Program-made: the position numbers and the translations under genes
The notes under the pieces: generated by a model
What the model was told of the DNA's origin: nothing
Database searches by the model: none
The model's input: the letters and a program-made list of their open reading frames with translations, nothing else
DNA from: Azolla caroliniana
Taxonomy: Eukaryota; Plantae; Polypodiophyta
DNA: 64,000 nucleotides
Reading direction: 5' to 3'
NCBI GenBank assembly: GCA_043228905.1
Contig: JBHGNT010000006.1
Span: 19,282,001-19,346,000, forward strand
In this document: one piece after another, positions 59,370-64,000 of the stretch
How the letters are laid out: the number at the start of each line of letters is the position of its first letter
Numbering within the stretch: position 1 is the first letter of the stretch

Positions 59370-62300
59370 TTACTCTTCCGTTTGAATAAACGGATTTACC
59401 GGCATATCTCCCAAATACGGTTTAAGCCGGAATCCATTTACCCATTTCGGTAAAACCTCTCCGATTAATGATCCCAGCTGATACGTACCATTTTTACTAT
59501 TAATTATCCATACTGGACCTGTCCATCTATACCGGAGTTTCCCAGGCATAAGTCCCATTCTCGTCTAGAATACCAATACCGGTTTCCCAATTTCGAATTG
59601 CTCTTCCGATTTCCTTCGATGTCGATTTACGAATGCCTTGATTTGTCTCTGCTTGTGTTCTAGTGCTGACATTGATTGAATCCGTTCTTCTTCTAATACT
59701 AATAAAGCCTCTTTGCGTATCTGCTCCGATTCTATTTCATTTAACTTATTCGTCGCTTGGATACGAAGTGTCGGAATTTGAAATTCGATCGGCATAACGG
59801 CTTCAAGTCCGAATGCCATTTGGAAAGGTGTTGATTTAATGGATGTTTTGTACGAAGTACGATATGCCCATAATGCACTATTTAACTTTTGATCCCAATC
59901 AGTACGATTTTCATTCACTATCTTCTTTAAAATTGTTTGAATTGTTTTATTTGTCGATTCTGCCAATCCATTAGCTTGGGGATAGTAAGGCGTACTTTTC
60001 TTATGAACTACGGCATAGTAATTGGTTAATTCGTTAATTAACTTGTTAATAAAATGAGTGCCTTGATCGCTTACCAATTCTATTGGGCAACCGAATCGAC
60101 ACCATATATTTTCATACAGGAATTTTGCTGTGGATGCTGCTGTATTGTCCCTGAGAGCTTTTGCTTCAACCCATTTTGTGCAATAGTCAGTCGCAATTAT
60201 GATATATCGATTACCGGTTCTTGCAGCTGCTGGTTTGAATGGGCCAACAAAATCTAAGCCCCATTTCTGAAATGGCTCAAGAGGTAAAACCGGTTGAAAA
60301 GGCATTCGATCCTTTTCAGTCGGTTGCCCCATTCTTTGACACAAATCGCATTTCTTACAGTATTCGTTAACATCTTTCATCACCGTTGGCCACCATAACC
60401 CACTATTCCATATTTTTCTGGCTGTTGCTTCTCCTGTGTAATGACCGCCAGCAATTCCACAATGTGACTCTGTTAATATGGCTGATTTTTCAAATTTCCG
60501 TACTACCCTTCGCCATATTCCATCCGCTCCTTTATGATACAACATGTCATTAAATAAACAAAAATTTCGACTTCGTACTGCAATTCTTTTTCTTTCATCT
60601 GTCGACATGTGTTCGGCCGGAATTCCTGTTGATAGAAATATCGTCATTTCGGAAATCCATTCATCCTCTTTTTCCTCATTCACTTCTTGTGCTTTTACTG
60701 CCTCAACCCGAAATAATTGAGTATCTGGAAAATCATCTTTAACCCCAACCGCTTCTTCTCCAGACTCAAGCCGACTGAGATAGTCAGCAATCGCGTGTTG
60801 TGCTCCTGGTCGATGTATAATGTCGAATTCAAACTCTTGAAGCAATAACGTCCATCTGGCTAACTTGCCTGTCAATTCTTGTTTGGAAACTAGATACAGT
60901 AGAGCCGAATGATCCACATGAAATGTAAATTTCTTACCCAAAAGGTAATGTCGAAATTTGTTCACACTATATATCATTCCCAAAGCTTCTCTTTCGGTTG
61001 TTGAATAGTTCCTTTCGGCCGACGAAAGTTTCCTACTGGCATAGTATACCGGCCTATACCAGTTTGGTTCGGATAATTGCATTAAAGCACTGCCTATGGC
61101 AATGTCCGACGCATCGACGAAAACATGAAATGGTTTGTTCCAGTCCGGTGGTTGAACTACCGGAACCTTTGTCAACATCTTCTTGAGACATTCGTATGCA
61201 TCTTGTTCTATACTTGTCCATATAAAAGGAACTTTGTGTACTGCTGTGTGTAACGGAATAGCAATGTCTACTAGATATCTCATCATTCTACTATGCCACC
61301 GAATTTGACCCAAAAATCTACTTAGAGCTTTAGCATTTGTTGGTGGTGTTGCCTCAATAATTGCTTTAACTTTGTCTGGGTCCACTGCAATCCCTTCTTG
61401 ACTGACAATATGCCCAAGTAACGTACCACTCATTACTCCGAATGCGCATTTGGCTGGATTTAAGCTAAGACGCCCTTTTTGACATTTTTCTAAACATTGC
61501 CGTAAATGCTCAAAATGATCAGCTTTCCGACTATATATACTGCAAAATCATCTAAAAACACCTGCATGAAAGCTGGAATATATTCCCCGAATATTTCCTG
61601 TATTACCCGCTGAAATGTAGATGGAGCTGTTTTTAAACCGAACATCATTACTACTGCCACAAAGACACCCCATTCTGTGACGAAAGCTGTCTTTTCCTGA
61701 TCTTCCGGATTCATCCGTACTTGGTTGTACCCACTGAACCCATCCAAGAAACTATAAATTTCATGTCCCGCTACTGCATCTAATATCCCATCTGTGAATG
61801 GCAACGGAAACGCATCCGTAATTGTCGCTGCATTCAATTTTCTGTAATCCACACATACGCGAATTTTCCCATTCTTTTTCGGGACTACTACTATCGGACT
61901 CAGCCATGTTGATTTTTTGACGGGTCGAATAAATCCTACTTTTAAGAGTTTATCGATTTCTTCTTTTACTTTGATAGCATAATTCGGATTCAACCTGTAC
62001 CTGCGTTGTTGTACTGGCTTTGCATCTTTATGCAAATTGATTTGATGTTGACAAAAAGCGGGATCCAGACCTTTCATATCGTCAAACGACCATGCAAAAA
62101 CATCTTTATATTGTAATAGTAATGTTGTTAATGTTCGTTTGTCATTTTCCACCAAATCTCTAGCAATCAAGACTGTTTTTCTTTCAGCATCCTCTACTCC
62201 TGCCAAATCGATCTCCTCCAATGCTGAGGCTTGCACTCTCTGAGATACCTTCATTTCCTTATCTGTAGCTTCTTGTTGCATTCGTATTTCTTTCATTGTT

Positions 62301-62700
62301 TGCTCATCTATTGGCACTTCTTCGTGTGAGTCTACATATGGTGTTAATGCTTGCAAAATATCTACCTCAAATAGAGGGATGATTTTCTGATTATCATTGA
62401 AATACTGACTTTCTTCTTCCTCGTCCAATCCTTCCATCATATTAACTGCTTTTGCATGTACAGGTAAACTCTGTTTGTTTGTTGTCACTTTGTTGTGCGT
62501 CGGAATCCTGACCTTAGTTTTTCCTTTCCTAAATGTTAGCACATTTTGTTTCCAATTTTGTTTAATATTAGCTGTCTTTAACCATGGTCTCCCCAATAAC
62601 AAGGGGTATGCTCCCTGTGTTTCTAACTGCAAAATTACTGCCGAAATCTGAAAACTGTGTCCCCCGATTATTACATCCAGTTGTCGAAGCAAACCAACCG
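59370..62700 (-). pseudogene. pol: pol of I (partial protease, RT, RNase H, integrase)
   Basis: ORFs 61490-62710, 59565-61433 and 59370-59558; strongly similar to A pol. Confidence 0.92.
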
Positions 62701-62709
62701 GGCGTGCCA
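62700..62709 (-). promoter_or_regulatory. PBS of I, tRNA-Arg type (truncated by deletion)
   Basis: TGGCACGCCC, 11 nt after the LTR. Confidence 0.7.
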
Positions 62710-62720
62710 AAATTCTTCTG

Positions 62721-63177
62721 TGTTAATCGGCTAATTACTAACTACTACCGATACAGAAGAGTGAACGTCGCTACTCAACGTTCTAACAAGGAATTGTGTT
62801 TTACGAACGGAATTATACTATATTAATCGGTAATTACCGTGATCGTTACTTAGTTATAAATTAGGAAGCTTGCACTTAACAACATAGACAATAGAAAGAA
62901 CACAGAATCCGTACAGAATATTCCTAACTTAAACTTATATTACTAAATAAAACGACCTTTCTTACAATGCCTTCGGTTCCCTTTTATAGGTATACCGAAG
63001 GTCTTTTCTCATCAAGAACTATTCCTACTTACTATCAAGAATTACAAAATTATCTAACTAACTTAGTTCTCTTCGTTTACTGCTGAGTCATTGATCCGAA
63101 CAGTCGATCCGAACCGACTCCGTTTTCGACGCTTTCCCACTTGTTCGGTAAAACTGACTGTCCGGGTCCGGGTAACA
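62721..63177 (-). repeat. 5' LTR of I
   Basis: Direct repeat of 55988-56444, followed by TSD GATAT. Confidence 0.95.
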
Positions 63178-63958
63178 GATATTGTTCTAATGTTTGATTG
63201 GTTCTCTCTACTTGACCATCAGTTTGCGGATGATAAGTTGAAGAGAGGTTGCAAGAGATCTTGGGTAGTGATAATAAATGCCGCCAAAATTTTGAGATAA
63301 ATTGTGGCCCGCGATCACTTACAATGTTATCCGGAAAGCCATGATGTCGAAATACCTCTCGCATAACAAGATCACTTGTCTCCTTGTTGTTGATGGTCTT
63401 TGTACATGGTAGGAAATGTGCCATCTTTGTAAAGCGATCCACCATTGTCAAGATAGTATCAAACCCTCGAGAAGGGGCAAATCGGTGATAAAATCAAGTG
63501 AAATAGATTGCCAGGGTTTTGTTGTGATTGGCAATGGTTGTAACAATCTATAAGGATGGTGATGAGGCATTTTTGTACGACAACATGTGTCACATGTATG
63601 AACATACTCCTCAACAAAATTATGGAGCTTAGGCCACCAAAATGCTCGACTGACTAGCTCTAAGGTCTTTTGAATCCCAAAATGCCCAGCCATATAAGTG
63701 TCATGGCAATGTTGTAACACCTTAAGACGAGAAGATCTATCAGGGACCTAGAGAAGACCCTTATAAAATAGTAGATCATTCTACCATGTGAATTTATTGT
63801 AATCTACATGAGGATGTTGTGCCTTAGAACAAGAAGCGCGATTCGGATCAATGTGATCGAGAAACAAAGACATCTATTTGAAGATCCTGGCGAATAGAAT
63901 TAAGGATGCTGGAATCAATTGGCATGTGTGAAACTTCCACTGCTTGTAACCATGCAGG

Positions 63959-64000
63959 TGTCACGATATGGCAAGACTCGAACCCATGACCTTATGCTAC
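63959..64000 (+). repeat. Start of an F-family LTR inserted in H (contains the antisense B box)
   Basis: TGTCACGATATGGCAAGACTCGAACCCATGACCTTATG is the reverse complement of 37592-37629 with one mismatch. Confidence 0.85.

Larger units (their letters stand above)
55988..63177 (-). mobile_element. Element I: Athila-like Ty3/gypsy, gag deleted, with a large extra ORF
   Basis: Near-identical 457-bp LTRs (55988-56444, 62721-63177), 5-bp TSD GATAT and PBS TGGCACGCCC. Confidence 0.93.
54692..63958 (-). mobile_element. Element H: second chromovirus family (3' part), interrupted by I
   Basis: LTR 54692-55221, PPT AAGAGGGGGATAG, chromodomain EYEVVAILDSK…YLVDWLGY, and integrase split at 55987/63178. 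Confidence 0.85.

Noticed and set aside
1-64000. Host protein-coding genes, rRNA genes or DNA transposons
   Set aside because: Essentially all sequence is accounted for by retroelement parts; no transposase, rRNA or host exon signature was seen.

Overview
Gene-free eukaryotic heterochromatin-like window made entirely of nested retroelements. The element mix (Tcn1-like chromoviruses, an RTEX-like LINE, Athila-like and fungal-type FLDDIPIKG Ty3 elements) suggests a seed-free plant such as a fern or lycophyte; that is inference only. I resolve about 13 insertions, labelled by my own letters. A: Athila-like, minus, 1-~5831. K: gag remnant, split into 5832-5963 and 44319-44483. C: Ty3, 5964-44318, containing D (9954-17796) and J (~37630-43565). 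J contains chromovirus F (19714-37629), which contains copia G (22631-35199), which contains E (27288-34671). Copia L (44484-~54691) has two LINE copies in its 5' LTR. Chromovirus H (54692 to beyond 64000) contains Athila-like I (55988-63177) and an LTR starting at 63959. All coding regions are decayed. Main finding: four different LTR families, from two distant Ty3 lineages, each carry a ~70-bp degenerate tRNA-like module with canonically spaced Pol III A and B boxes in U3, always antisense to the element. Other signals: covarying -1 frameshift pseudoknots, a Tf1-type self-priming site, CG-centred 4-bp target sites, a PBS-like mirror where element I should have a PPT, and a (CT)n-targeting LINE.
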